Numbered from the stretch's first letter, positions 1-8,694 are shown. The stretch is 20,000 nucleotides of DNA from Bacteroidales bacterium (GCA_035389045.1 DAOORA010000014.1:61792-81791), one strand, 5' to 3'. Numbers and translations: made by a program. Notes: generated by a model from the letters alone, not told the origin.

Positions 1-2
1 GC

Positions 3-1493
3 AAACACCCGATAAAAAAAGATCGTTCCAAACTGGACTGGACCATAGGTTACTCTTATGCCCGTAAGAATCAACCCGACATCAGGCGAATAACTTCCGT
101 GCTGAACGAAGACATTGAAAGCCCTTACTACGACATGTACGGGATAAATTTTAATTTTGCCGCCAACTCTGACCAAAACGGCCGGATATTTATGGATACC
201 AGGGAACAGATTATTTCTGTGACGGGAAATTTTGAACAAAAGATACGTATCGGAAACTTTCATCCTGAAATCAAGGCCGGTTTGTTTTATGAAACAAAAA
301 ACCGTGCATTTGATGCCCGCCTTCTTGGGTTTGCCATTGCCAGATCCTCCTCCTTTAATTGGGATATCCCATATATGCCCATCGCAGAGATATTTGCCGA
401 CACGAATATTAATGCCACAACAGGCATAAAAATTGACGAGCAGACAAATTCCCTGGACAGGTATGCTGCCGGAAATAATCTTTTGGCGGTTTATCTCGGT
501 CTGAAAATACCCTTTCTGCAGAGATTCAATTTATATGCCGGTGTACGGATGGAAAAATATCAGTTAAAACTTTCTTCCGGTTCCGAAACCGAACCTGTGT
601 CGGTTGAAAACGACACCCTGAATTTTTTTCCTTCTGCAAACCTCTCATTCAACATCAACGAAAAAAATCTGATTCGCATTGCCTACGGGCACACTATCAA
701 CCATCCTGAATTCAGGGAAGTAGCACCTTTTAACTTTTATGTTTACGAGCTTAAAGCATATTATAAAGGTAATCCGGCATTAAAGAGTGCCTACATCCAT
801 AACATTGATTTCCGATACGAATATTACCCTTCATTTTCAGAGATGCTGACCATTGGCGCCTTTTACAAGAGTTTTAAAAATCCTATTGAGGCCGCTATGT
901 ATTCGGCCGGATCGGGTTGGGATTATACTTTTATCAATGCCATAAGCTCTTATAGTTTCGGGGCAGAACTCGATCTCCGGAAATCGTTCGCTGATCTTGC
1001 AAAAAAAGAAAATTTCCTTAGAAATTTTAAAGACTTCACCGTAGTGCTCAATTTGTCAGTAATCAAGAGTGAAGTGACAACCGATGATGTTTTTGCCCGG
1101 GAAAAAGTCCGCCCCATGCAAGGACAATCGCCTTTTATAATAAACACCGGTATTTATTATCAAAACGACACCATAGGTCTTGGTATCAGCCTGCTTTACA
1201 ATGTCATTGGCAAAAGAATCGTTTACGTTGGTAATGTAAACGACCCACACACCTATGAAATGCCCCGAAACATCCTTGATTTTACAATTTCCAAATTTAT
1301 CGGCAAATATGTGCAAATTAAATTCGGTATCAATGACCTGCTCAATCAAAAACACACCCTTGTACAAACAGAAAAATACCAAAAAGATACCGATGGCGAT
1401 GGTAATGGCGATCAGACAAATTCGCATCAGCAGGTTACCCGGCAATTTAAAACAGGAAGGTATTATTCGCTCGGAGTTAGTTTGACTCTTTGA
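3..1493 (+). CDS. TonB-dependent outer-membrane receptor, 5'-truncated by the window edge (C-terminal beta-barrel part)
   Basis: The frame is open from position 3 (KHPIKKDRSKLDWTIGYSY...), so the GTG at 99 is not the real start. TBDR barrel motifs: FFPSANLSF, IRIAYGHTINHPEFRE, GNPALKSAYIHNIDFRYEYY, INDLLNQ, and a terminal beta-strand GRYYSLGVSLTL. Confidence 0.9.
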   Translation, partial: KHPIKKDRSKLDWTIGYSYARKNQPDIRRITSVLNEDIESPYYDMYGINFNFAANSDQNGRIFMDTREQIISVTGNFEQKIRIGNFHPEIKAGLFYETKNRAFDARLLGFAIARSSSFNWDIPYMPIAEIFADTNINATTGIKIDEQTNSLDRYAAGNNLLAVYLGLKIPFLQRFNLYAGVRMEKYQLKLSSGSETEPVSVENDTLNFFPSANLSFNINEKNLIRIAYGHTINHPEFREVAPFNFYVYELKAYYKGNPALKSAYIHNIDFRYEYYPSFSEMLTIGAFYKSFKNPIEAAMYSAGSGWDYTFINAISSYSFGAELDLRKSFADLAKKENFLRNFKDFTVVLNLSVIKSEVTTDDVFAREKVRPMQGQSPFIINTGIYYQNDTIGLGISLLYNVIGKRIVYVGNVNDPHTYEMPRNILDFTISKFIGKYVQIKFGINDLLNQKHTLVQTEKYQKDTDGDGNGDQTNSHQQVTRQFKTGRYYSLGVSLTL

Positions 1494-1559
1494 TTTTTTT
1501 TCACTGTTGTCCGGTAAAAATATTTTAAATATGCTGAATAGCTTTATTTTCAAAACATT

Positions 1560-1754
1560 TACAACATATCGCCACCTACCTGCCCAATCCGCCAACCGGC
1601 GGATTATTCAGGCGGGCGGGGCTTTATTTTTCATTGTAATGTTTTTTCTACCAATATGCCGCCTCTAACGAGGATAAAAAAGTTCCAAATGTCTATAATA
1701 TTATCATAATGAATAATTTACAAATTTATGATAGCGTCGCAGGTACGAAATATT
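1560..1754. repeat. Cluster of REP-like palindromic repeats with a nested hairpin
   Basis: Two related direct units, TACAACATATCGCCACCTAC...GGGGCT (1560-1623) and CTACCAATATGCCGCCTCTAACGAGG (1648-1673), plus a degenerate inverted unit (1733-1754). Perfect inner hairpin AATCCGCC-AACC-GGCGGATT at 1586-1605. Confidence 0.55.
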
Positions 1755-1829
1755 ACATATTTAAAAAATTAACCGGACAATAATGATTTTTTTTGCATTT
1801 GTCTCGCTATTTTTTCAAAATAATTCCTC

Positions 1830-1896
1830 TTAACATAACGGTATTATAAACTTAAAACCAGGTTAACAGCGCCGCAGGCAAAGCGATATACCTTTG
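1830..1896 (+). promoter_or_regulatory. Candidate Pho-box-like direct repeats plus Bacteroidota -7 promoter element
   Basis: 11-bp period: TTAACA (1830), GTATTA (1841, degenerate), TTAAAA (1852), TTAACA (1863). TACCTTTG at 1889-1896 matches TAnnTTTG. Confidence 0.7.
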
Positions 1897-1918
1897 CTGT
1901 AAAACAAAACGAACCATT

Positions 1919-3538
1919 ATGAAAAGGACAATTTTACTTATTGCTGTAATTCTTTCAGCAATTTTCAGCACAAGATCACAATCAATCAACGACCCGTTTT
2001 TTGAGCAGGTCAATTACCTTGGCGCTTTTGGCAATGATAACTGGACCAGCGGTTGGTGTAACTGGGATCCTCAGAATACAATTTATCCTTCAGCCAATGT
2101 CATCATCAACAGCGGAGATACCATAAAAACCAATACCACCTGGACCAGCAACAACACCTACCTTCTAAACGGGTGGATATATGTGAAAAACAATGCAGTG
2201 CTTACCATTCAGCCGGGTACGGTTATCAGGGGAGATTACACCAATAAAGGTGCGCTGATTATTGAACGCGGATCAAAACTGATTGCAGAAGGCACATCTT
2301 CGCAACCCATTGTTTTTACCTCAAACGAAGATCCTGGCAACAGAGATTATGGTGACTGGGGTGGTGTTATTATATGCGGCAAATCAATATTAAATATCAC
2401 GGGCGGCACATCAGTTATTGAAGGTGGTCCCGGCTCCATTTATGGCGGCGGTACCAACCCACTGACCGACGATAGTTCGGGCGTTTTAAAATATATCCGA
2501 ATAGAATTCCCAGGGGTCCCCTTTGTTCAGGATAAAGAAATCAACGGGTTAACTTTCGGAGCTGTTGGAAATAAAACAATAATTGATTATATACAGGTTT
2601 CCTACAGTGGCGATGATGCCTTTGAATGGTTCGGCGGTAATGTTAATTGCAAACACTTAGTGTCATTCAGAACATGGGATGATGACTTTGATACGGATAA
2701 CGGATGCAGCGGCATGTTACAGTTTGGTGTTGCCCTGCGCGACCCCGCTATTGCTGACCCCGGTTCGGGTTCTAACGGATTTGAATCGGATAATGACGCT
2801 AACGGTTCCGTAAATCAGCCTGTAACAAAAGCTGTCTTCAGCAACTTCAGCATGTTTGGCCCGAAAGTTACCAAAACAGCCACCATCAACACCAATTATA
2901 AAAGCGCTTTGCACCTGAGACGGTCGACTGCCATAAAAATATTTCATTCTGTTTTTGCAGGATACAAGGATGGACTAAAAATTGAAGGAGCCACCACCGA
3001 CTCCCTGGCACAAATGAACCAACTTAATTTGCAATACTGCAATATCGCCGGTATCAGCGGCAGTGAATTTGTAGCAGGTACAGGTGTTACAATGAACATT
3101 GGCGTTTGGTTTCTAAATGCCTCAAAATGTAATGACACCTTATCAGAAAATGCGGAACTTTTCATTACCGATCCCTTCAACGCCTCAGCCCCCAACTTCC
3201 TCCCAGAGGCAGGATCACCCTTACTGAACCGGACATGGTTATCGTGTGAGCCTGCAGGATTCGAAGATCTGATTAAAACTGACATAACTGGATTATATCC
3301 CAATCCCTCCCAGGGCATGACAACTATTGATTTTACTCTCTCTGCCAGCGTAAATGTAAAAATTGAAATTCTCGACATCACAGGCCGCAGTGCCATGATT
3401 ATTAAGAATGGTTTTTTATATAAAGGCCTGCACCATATTACTTTTGATGTTTCCGATTTGTGCATCGGTGTCTGGCTCATCAGAATTTCTACACCCGGCG
3501 GCTACTCCACCAAAAAACTTCTGATTCACCACGGATAA
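1919..3538 (+). CDS. Secreted protein with a T9SS type-A C-terminal sorting domain; probable beta-helix family usually encoded next to TonB-dependent receptors
   Basis: Sec signal peptide with Gln at the predicted mature N-terminus. Family motifs LTIQPGTVIRG, PIVFTS, GDWGGVIICG, DDSSGVLKYIRIEFPG, EINGLTFGAVG, DDAFEWFGGNVN, DDDFDTDNG. CTD motifs LYPNPS...ILDITGR...GVWLIRI...TKKLLI. Confidence 0.85.
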   Translation: MKRTILLIAVILSAIFSTRSQSINDPFFEQVNYLGAFGNDNWTSGWCNWDPQNTIYPSANVIINSGDTIKTNTTWTSNNTYLLNGWIYVKNNAVLTIQPGTVIRGDYTNKGALIIERGSKLIAEGTSSQPIVFTSNEDPGNRDYGDWGGVIICGKSILNITGGTSVIEGGPGSIYGGGTNPLTDDSSGVLKYIRIEFPGVPFVQDKEINGLTFGAVGNKTIIDYIQVSYSGDDAFEWFGGNVNCKHLVSFRTWDDDFDTDNGCSGMLQFGVALRDPAIADPGSGSNGFESDNDANGSVNQPVTKAVFSNFSMFGPKVTKTATINTNYKSALHLRRSTAIKIFHSVFAGYKDGLKIEGATTDSLAQMNQLNLQYCNIAGISGSEFVAGTGVTMNIGVWFLNASKCNDTLSENAELFITDPFNASAPNFLPEAGSPLLNRTWLSCEPAGFEDLIKTDITGLYPNPSQGMTTIDFTLSASVNVKIEILDITGRSAMIIKNGFLYKGLHHITFDVSDLCIGVWLIRISTPGGYSTKKLLIHHG

Positions 3539-3559
3539 CATTAAAACAATACCCGAGAC

Positions 3560-3602
3560 GGTCTTAAAGTACGATCAGTACTTTGAGACCACTTCTTTTT
3601 TT
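3560..3602 (+). terminator. Rho-independent terminator
   Basis: 13-bp stem GGTCTTAAAGTAC / GTACTTTGAGACC (one G-U pair), 5-nt loop, then a T-rich tract; begins 22 nt after the stop at 3538. Confidence 0.7.
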
Positions 3603-3619
3603 ATTTCTACCACTCCCCT

Positions 3620-3675
3620 TTAACCATATATTAATGTTCACTTAACATTAAATACACAAAGCGGTGTTACTTTTG
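3620..3675 (+). promoter_or_regulatory. Candidate Pho-box-like direct repeats plus -7 element upstream of the response regulator
   Basis: TTAACC (3620), TTAATG (3631), TTAACA (3642) at 11-bp period. TACTTTTG at 3668-3675 starts 26 nt after the start of the last box, the same offset as in the 1830-1896 promoter. Confidence 0.7.
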
Positions 3676-3687
3676 TATGTAATAGTA

Positions 3688-3723
3688 TTAGAAATTGTTT
3701 TGATTTTATCTTTTCATATCTTT
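3688..3723 (+). repeat. 36-bp exact dispersed repeat, copy 1; contains a second promoter match TTG-N19-TATCTTTG
   Basis: TTAGAAATTGTTTTGATTTTATCTTTTCATATCTTT is identical to 19950-19985. Confidence 0.9.
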
Positions 3724-3742
3724 GTAAAAACAGTACCCGCAT

Positions 3743-4429
3743 ATGTCAAATGAGCATACTATTCTTTTGGTCGATGACGAACCTGACATCGTTGAATTTT
3801 TAAGCTATAATTTAAAAAAGGAAGGTTTTACCGTATATACTGCCAGCAATGGTAAAGACGGGATACAAGTCGCAAAAACAACCCTTCCCCATCTGATAGT
3901 ACTGGATGTGATGATGCCCGGCATGGACGGAATAGAAACCTGTTCGGAAATCAGAAAGATACCCGCCCTCGAAAAAACGCTGATCATGTTTCTCACCGCG
4001 CGCGGGGAGGATTACTCACAGATAGCCGGCCTCGACGCAGGCGCCGACGATTATCTGACAAAACCGATCAAACCCCGGCTTTTTATCAGCCGTATCAATG
4101 CGCTGTTAAGAAGATATTCTGATCAGGTAACATCAGAGCAGGCAATCATCAAAATTCACGACATGCTTATTGACCGTGAAAGATATGTTGTTATAAAAAA
4201 CGGGCAAAAAATAGTTCTGCCCAAAAAGGAATTTGAGCTTTTATATCTGCTGGCATCAAAGCCAAGCAGGGTTTTCACCCGCGAAGAAATCCTCTCTAAA
4301 ATTTGGGGTGACAGTGTAATTGTAGGTGACAGGACCATTGATGTACATGTACGAAAAGTCCGTGAAAAAATCGGTATGGAGTTTATCTTTACTGTTAAGG
4401 GCATCGGATATAAGTTTGAAACCGAATGA
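3743..4429 (+). CDS. phoB: OmpR/PhoB-family DNA-binding response regulator (PhoB/PhoP-like)
   Basis: Receiver domain ILLVDDE, LIVLDVMMPGMDG, FLTARGEDYSQIAGLDAGADDYLTKP. Winged helix LPKKEFELLYLLAS...GDRTIDVHVRKVREK...TVKGIGYKF. Overlaps the kinase gene by ATGA. Confidence 0.85.
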   Translation: MSNEHTILLVDDEPDIVEFLSYNLKKEGFTVYTASNGKDGIQVAKTTLPHLIVLDVMMPGMDGIETCSEIRKIPALEKTLIMFLTARGEDYSQIAGLDAGADDYLTKPIKPRLFISRINALLRRYSDQVTSEQAIIKIHDMLIDRERYVVIKNGQKIVLPKKEFELLYLLASKPSRVFTREEILSKIWGDSVIVGDRTIDVHVRKVREKIGMEFIFTVKGIGYKFETE

Positions 4430-5463
4430 AAAAGTACCGCCCGCAGAATATTTCCTTTGATATTGCGCTATTTGCGCTTCTTGTGTTTTATACCTTGTTT
4501 CTCGGATATTATCTTTTTTTTTCAGACTGGCCGCACGGATGGATGGCAATAGTGCTTGCCGGTATATTATTTTTCTTTGCTATATACCTGTTTACAAAGT
4601 ATTCTGTTGAAAAATTCATTTATAAAAAGATTAGAGTCCTTTATAAGACCATCCATAATTTAAAGTCACCCAGGCAGAAAGAAAAAATCGAAGAGAATTG
4701 GCTTGAGAATGCTGAAGCCGAAATGATAAAGTGGTCAGAAGACAAAAAAAACGAGTTAGAGAGTCTCAGGATATCAGAAAACTACCGGCGCGATTTCCTG
4801 GGGAATGTTTCCCATGAACTTAAAACACCTATTTTCAACATACAGGGTTATGTGCTCACCCTGCTTGACGGAGGGCTGGAGGATCAGAGCATCAACCGTG
4901 AATACCTGCTGCGTGCAGAAAAGAATATAGAAAGGATGATTGCCATTGTCAATGATCTTGAAGTGATCTCAAAACTAGAATCAGAAACACTTAGACCGGA
5001 AAAAGAAAAATTTGACTTGTCAGATTTAGCTCATGATGTTATGGAATCATATGAGATAAAAGCACAACAGAAAAACATTGCCAGTCATATCCACAATAAA
5101 CTTACCGGCCCTGTAAATGTTTTTGCCGACAAGGAAAAGATCCGCCAGGTACTGAACAACCTTGTGGAAAATGCAATCAAATACGGTAAACAGGATGGCC
5201 GGGTCAAGATCACGTTCTATGATATGGATGAAATGATATTGGTGGAGGTTTCAGATAATGGCATTGGAATTACAAAGGAAGATATTCCCAGGATCTTTGA
5301 ACGTTTTTACCGCACGGCTCAAGGAAAAAATGTTGAAAACAGAGGCAGCGGACTGGGTTTATCCATCGTAAAACACATCATTGAGGCCCACGGGCAAACG
5401 ATCAATGTCCGCAGCACTATAGGCGTTGGGACCACCTTTGGCTTTACACTGCAAAAAGCATGA
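4426..5463 (+). CDS. phoR: Sensor histidine kinase (PhoR-like), two N-terminal TM helices
   Basis: H-box RRDFLGNVSHELKTPIFNIQGY, N-box QVLNNLVENAIKY, G1 DNGIGI, F-box IFERFYR, G2 GSGLGLSIVKHIIEAH. Confidence 0.85.
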   Translation: MKKYRPQNISFDIALFALLVFYTLFLGYYLFFSDWPHGWMAIVLAGILFFFAIYLFTKYSVEKFIYKKIRVLYKTIHNLKSPRQKEKIEENWLENAEAEMIKWSEDKKNELESLRISENYRRDFLGNVSHELKTPIFNIQGYVLTLLDGGLEDQSINREYLLRAEKNIERMIAIVNDLEVISKLESETLRPEKEKFDLSDLAHDVMESYEIKAQQKNIASHIHNKLTGPVNVFADKEKIRQVLNNLVENAIKYGKQDGRVKITFYDMDEMILVEVSDNGIGITKEDIPRIFERFYRTAQGKNVENRGSGLGLSIVKHIIEAHGQTINVRSTIGVGTTFGFTLQKA

Positions 5464-5576
5464 TACCGTACTTTTTTGTGTTTCTGCAGACAAAGAAAAA
5501 AACGGAAAATTTCGCATGAGCAACTTATGCAACTACCTATTCTGCCCAATAACCATACCTGTATTTAAAACAACAG

Positions 5577-6152
5577 CTATTTTTCTTCGTTGGCGGGCAC
5601 AATATGATTGTGATACGCACGCTGCGGTTGTTAAGAATATTCAGGATATTCAAGCTCAGTCGCTACATCAAAGCGGGCTTGATCATCGTATGGGCGGTGT
5701 GGAGCAATCGTTAAAAAATCATCGTTTTTATTTTGTTTGTGTTTACCATAGCCACCATCACCGGCACGTTGATGTACCTGATAGAAGGCGAACAAAACGG
5801 ATTTGACGACATTCCAATCTCCATTTACCGGGCTGTGGTAAAACTTACTACCGTTGGATAAGGGGATTTGTCGCCCAGCACAGGGATAGGACAGTTTCCG
5901 GCCAGTATGGTGATGGTACTCGGATATTCCATAATTGCCGTACCCACAGGTATAGTTACTGCCACCCTCTTAGGGAAAAGAAAGGTGAGCAATACGCAGG
6001 TGTGCTCCCGATGCATGTACGACAAGCACGACGATGATACCAATTATTGTAAAATCTGCGGTACTCATCTGCATCCCAATTCAAAAGGCAGGAAGTATAA
6101 AACCCCGACAGAGGTGCATAAAAACAACAATAAAGAAAACCACCCAGGCTAA
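5577..6152 (+). pseudogene. Degraded voltage-gated potassium channel (ion transporter) gene; S4 to C-terminal zinc ribbon remain
   Basis: One frame reads IRTLRLLRIFRIFKLSRY (S4)...[12 protein letters not shown]...[35 protein letters not shown]...GYSIIAVPTGIVT...CSRC...CKIC. In-frame TAA at 5712-5714 and 5859-5861. S1-S3 are not recognisable; the left boundary is approximate. Confidence 0.9.
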
Positions 6153-6312
6153 TAAAGAGCAAATGTTCACATTAAGAACGATTGCCAGTATTTATTAAAA
6201 CAGGGAAAATGCACATTCAATAAATGTAATGTAACAAACAAAAAGGCGTGTTCTTCCTAAGCAATACATTTCACTTTTCAGATAGGATAAAATGGATTGA
6301 GTGGCTGATAAA

Positions 6313-7638
6313 TCAATATTTCAGCCATTTCCATAGTTCCCTGTAACTGATTTTTTTACCATACATCAGGATTCCGGTGCGATAGATTTTTGCGGCAAGC
6401 CATGTGCACGCCAGAAAACCAAGCACGAGCAGCGCCATGGAAAGTACAAGTTCATAAGCCGGAACGCCGAAAGGAATCCTGATCATCATGACAATAGGGG
6501 AAGTCAGCGGGATGACAGAAAACCAGAAAGCTATCGGCCCCTGAGGGTTTTCAATGATCGGCTGAGCAAGTATAAAGGCCAATATAAGCGGAATGGTTAT
6601 GGGCAGCATAAACTGTTGCGTATCTGCCTCGTTGTCAACAGCAGAGCCAATGGCAGCAAACAAGGCCGCATACAGCAGATATCCGAATAAAAAGAAGAAA
6701 AAGAATGAAAAAACTATGAGCGTGTAATTGTAATCGCCAAAGCTTTTTATTAACGTGCGTATGTTTTCATCATCGTAATCCTGAACGGGTGCAGACGTGG
6801 TGTTTTCAGGAAGAAGCACTTTGCCCTGCTGCACCATCTCGGTCTGTTGTTTTGACACCATATTCTTCGACCCTACCGACAACTGAAATACCCCAACCAG
6901 CGTCAGGGTAAGCACGATCCACAACATAAATTGCGTCAAGCCTACGAGGGCGATGCCGATAATCTTTCCCAACAGCAGCTGAAAAGGTTTGACCGACGAC
7001 ACAATAATCTCTACAATCCGGCTTGTTTTTTCTTCTATTACCCCCCGCATCACCTGGTTGCCATACATAAAAATAGCAAAATATATCAGAAATCCTGCAA
7101 AAATACCCAATATGGTAGTGGCTATCGGCAGGTTGGTTTCACCGGTTTCAATGTTTTGTGAATTAATGCTGATACGTACTTTGGCGTCATCGATTTGCTT
7201 TTTATCTATGCCGTATAATTCCATTAGTTTCCTGTTCTCATAGATATATTTCATTTTATCTTTGATATAGGAGGTAACTGTATTCCCGGGTTGTTTGTCA
7301 GAATAATACAATATCGCATTAGTAGGTTCAATCATATCCGGCTTGGGAATATACAACAGTGCGGTGGATTTGTCGCCGTCAAAACCGGCTATGGCGGTCT
7401 CCAGATCGGTATATATATAATTGAATTTGATAGTTTCGTTACTGCCCATCTTGTAATAGATGCCGGTTTCGTCCAGGACTTCAATAACCTTTTGTTCGCT
7501 GTCGAGTTTGGTAACGTAATAAGGAAGAATCATCAAAGCGGCCATCAGGAGCGGACCGAGTATGGTCATTACAATAAAAGACTTTTTCTTTACCCTTGAC
7601 AGATATTCCCTTTTTATAATAATAAAAATTTTGTTCAT
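6313..7638 (-). CDS. ABC-2 type transporter permease (NatB/YhaP-like)
   Basis: IIKREYLSRVKKKSF N-terminus, one TM plus a large extracytoplasmic loop, VMRGVIEEKTSRIVEIIVSSVKPFQLLLGKIIG, several C-terminal TMs, AAKIYRTGILMYGKK. Confidence 0.92.
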   Translation of the reverse strand: MNKIFIIIKREYLSRVKKKSFIVMTILGPLLMAALMILPYYVTKLDSEQKVIEVLDETGIYYKMGSNETIKFNYIYTDLETAIAGFDGDKSTALLYIPKPDMIEPTNAILYYSDKQPGNTVTSYIKDKMKYIYENRKLMELYGIDKKQIDDAKVRISINSQNIETGETNLPIATTILGIFAGFLIYFAIFMYGNQVMRGVIEEKTSRIVEIIVSSVKPFQLLLGKIIGIALVGLTQFMLWIVLTLTLVGVFQLSVGSKNMVSKQQTEMVQQGKVLLPENTTSAPVQDYDDENIRTLIKSFGDYNYTLIVFSFFFFFLFGYLLYAALFAAIGSAVDNEADTQQFMLPITIPLILAFILAQPIIENPQGPIAFWFSVIPLTSPIVMMIRIPFGVPAYELVLSMALLVLGFLACTWLAAKIYRTGILMYGKKISYRELWKWLKY

Positions 7639-7641
7639 ATA

Positions 7642-8592
7642 TTATTCTGTTAGGCCGGAGGATGAATGATTTTGGTTAATATCGGCATTTACTTTAGCAA
7701 TAAAAATATCGTTCATCGTGGGCACTATTTCGTGCAGCGCATGGATAGTGCCATGTGGCATCAGGGCCGAAAGCATATCATTGGTAGTTCTGTTGTTCAA
7801 TATTTTTATTTTTGCTTTCAGCAGCCCATCCTGCAGGGTTTCATCACAAACCTGAAAATTCTTATCCAGCTTCTCTTTTAACAAAGTGTCTGTGCCCGAA
7901 ATCTCCACCTGGTAACTGTAAGACCTGAAAGAATATTTTATTTCATTGACCTTACCTTCCAGAATTTTATTCGATTTATTGATCAGCGCGATATCATCAC
8001 AAAGTTCCTCCACCGAGGCCATATTATGGGTAGAAAACACCACCGTAGCACCATTATTACGCAAACGGATAATTTCATCTTTTATAAGGCTGGCATTTAT
8101 CGGATCAAAGCCGCTGAAGGGTTCGTCGAATATCAGCAGTTTGGGTTCATGCAACACGGTAACAATAAACTGAATTTTTTGCTGCATTCCTTTGGAAAGC
8201 TCTTCCACCTTGCGGTTCCACCAACCCATCAATTCAAATTTTTCGAACCAGTATTTAAGTTTCCTTATCGCATCGCTGTATGACAACCCCCTGAGCTGTG
8301 CGAGATAAACAGCTTGTTCGCCTACCTTCATTTTTTTATACAAACCACGCTCTTCGGGCAGATAGCCTATATGTACAATATGGTTTTTTTTCAGTTTTTC
8401 GCCGTTCAGAAATACTTCTCCTTCGTCGGGCCCTGTAATCATGTTGATAATGCGTATAAGTGTGGTTTTTCCGGCTCCGTTAGGTCCAAGCAGTCCAAAA
8501 ATACTCTGTTCCGGCACACTGATGGATACCCTGGTCAATGCCACATGATTAGCAAACCGTTTGGTAATATTACGGGTTTCAAGCAAATTCAT
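7642..8592 (-). CDS. ABC transporter ATP-binding protein (NatA/YhaQ-like)
   Basis: Walker A GPNGAGKTT, GYLPEERGLY, signature LSKGMQQK, Walker B LLIFDEPFSGFD, H-loop STH. Confidence 0.95.
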   Translation of the reverse strand: MNLLETRNITKRFANHVALTRVSISVPEQSIFGLLGPNGAGKTTLIRIINMITGPDEGEVFLNGEKLKKNHIVHIGYLPEERGLYKKMKVGEQAVYLAQLRGLSYSDAIRKLKYWFEKFELMGWWNRKVEELSKGMQQKIQFIVTVLHEPKLLIFDEPFSGFDPINASLIKDEIIRLRNNGATVVFSTHNMASVEELCDDIALINKSNKILEGKVNEIKYSFRSYSYQVEISGTDTLLKEKLDKNFQVCDETLQDGLLKAKIKILNNRTTNDMLSALMPHGTIHALHEIVPTMNDIFIAKVNADINQNHSSSGLTE

Positions 8593-8614
8593 TTATATAT
8601 GACAAATCTTTATT

Positions 8615-8694
8615 AATAACTAAAAACTGTTATCTAATGATAGTTAATAACTGCTGACTTATAACTATAAACTGATAACAGATAACTGTTTACT
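8615..8694. repeat. Degenerate heptamer tandem repeat (consensus about GATAACT)
   Basis: AATAACT AAAAACT GTTATCT [10 nt] AATAACT GCTGACT TATAACT ATAAACT GATAACA GATAACT GTTTACT; the last unit overlaps the dnaJ stop codon. Confidence 0.7.

Noticed and set aside
5426..5806. 126-aa ORF after phoR
   Set aside because: It is an off-frame shadow of the channel pseudogene; the recognisable motifs are in another frame.
5712..5861. Stop-codon reassignment or readthrough explaining two in-frame TAA codons in the K+ channel
   Set aside because: TAA terminates many intact genes here, and the channel has other damaging substitutions and a missing 5' part, so it is a pseudogene.
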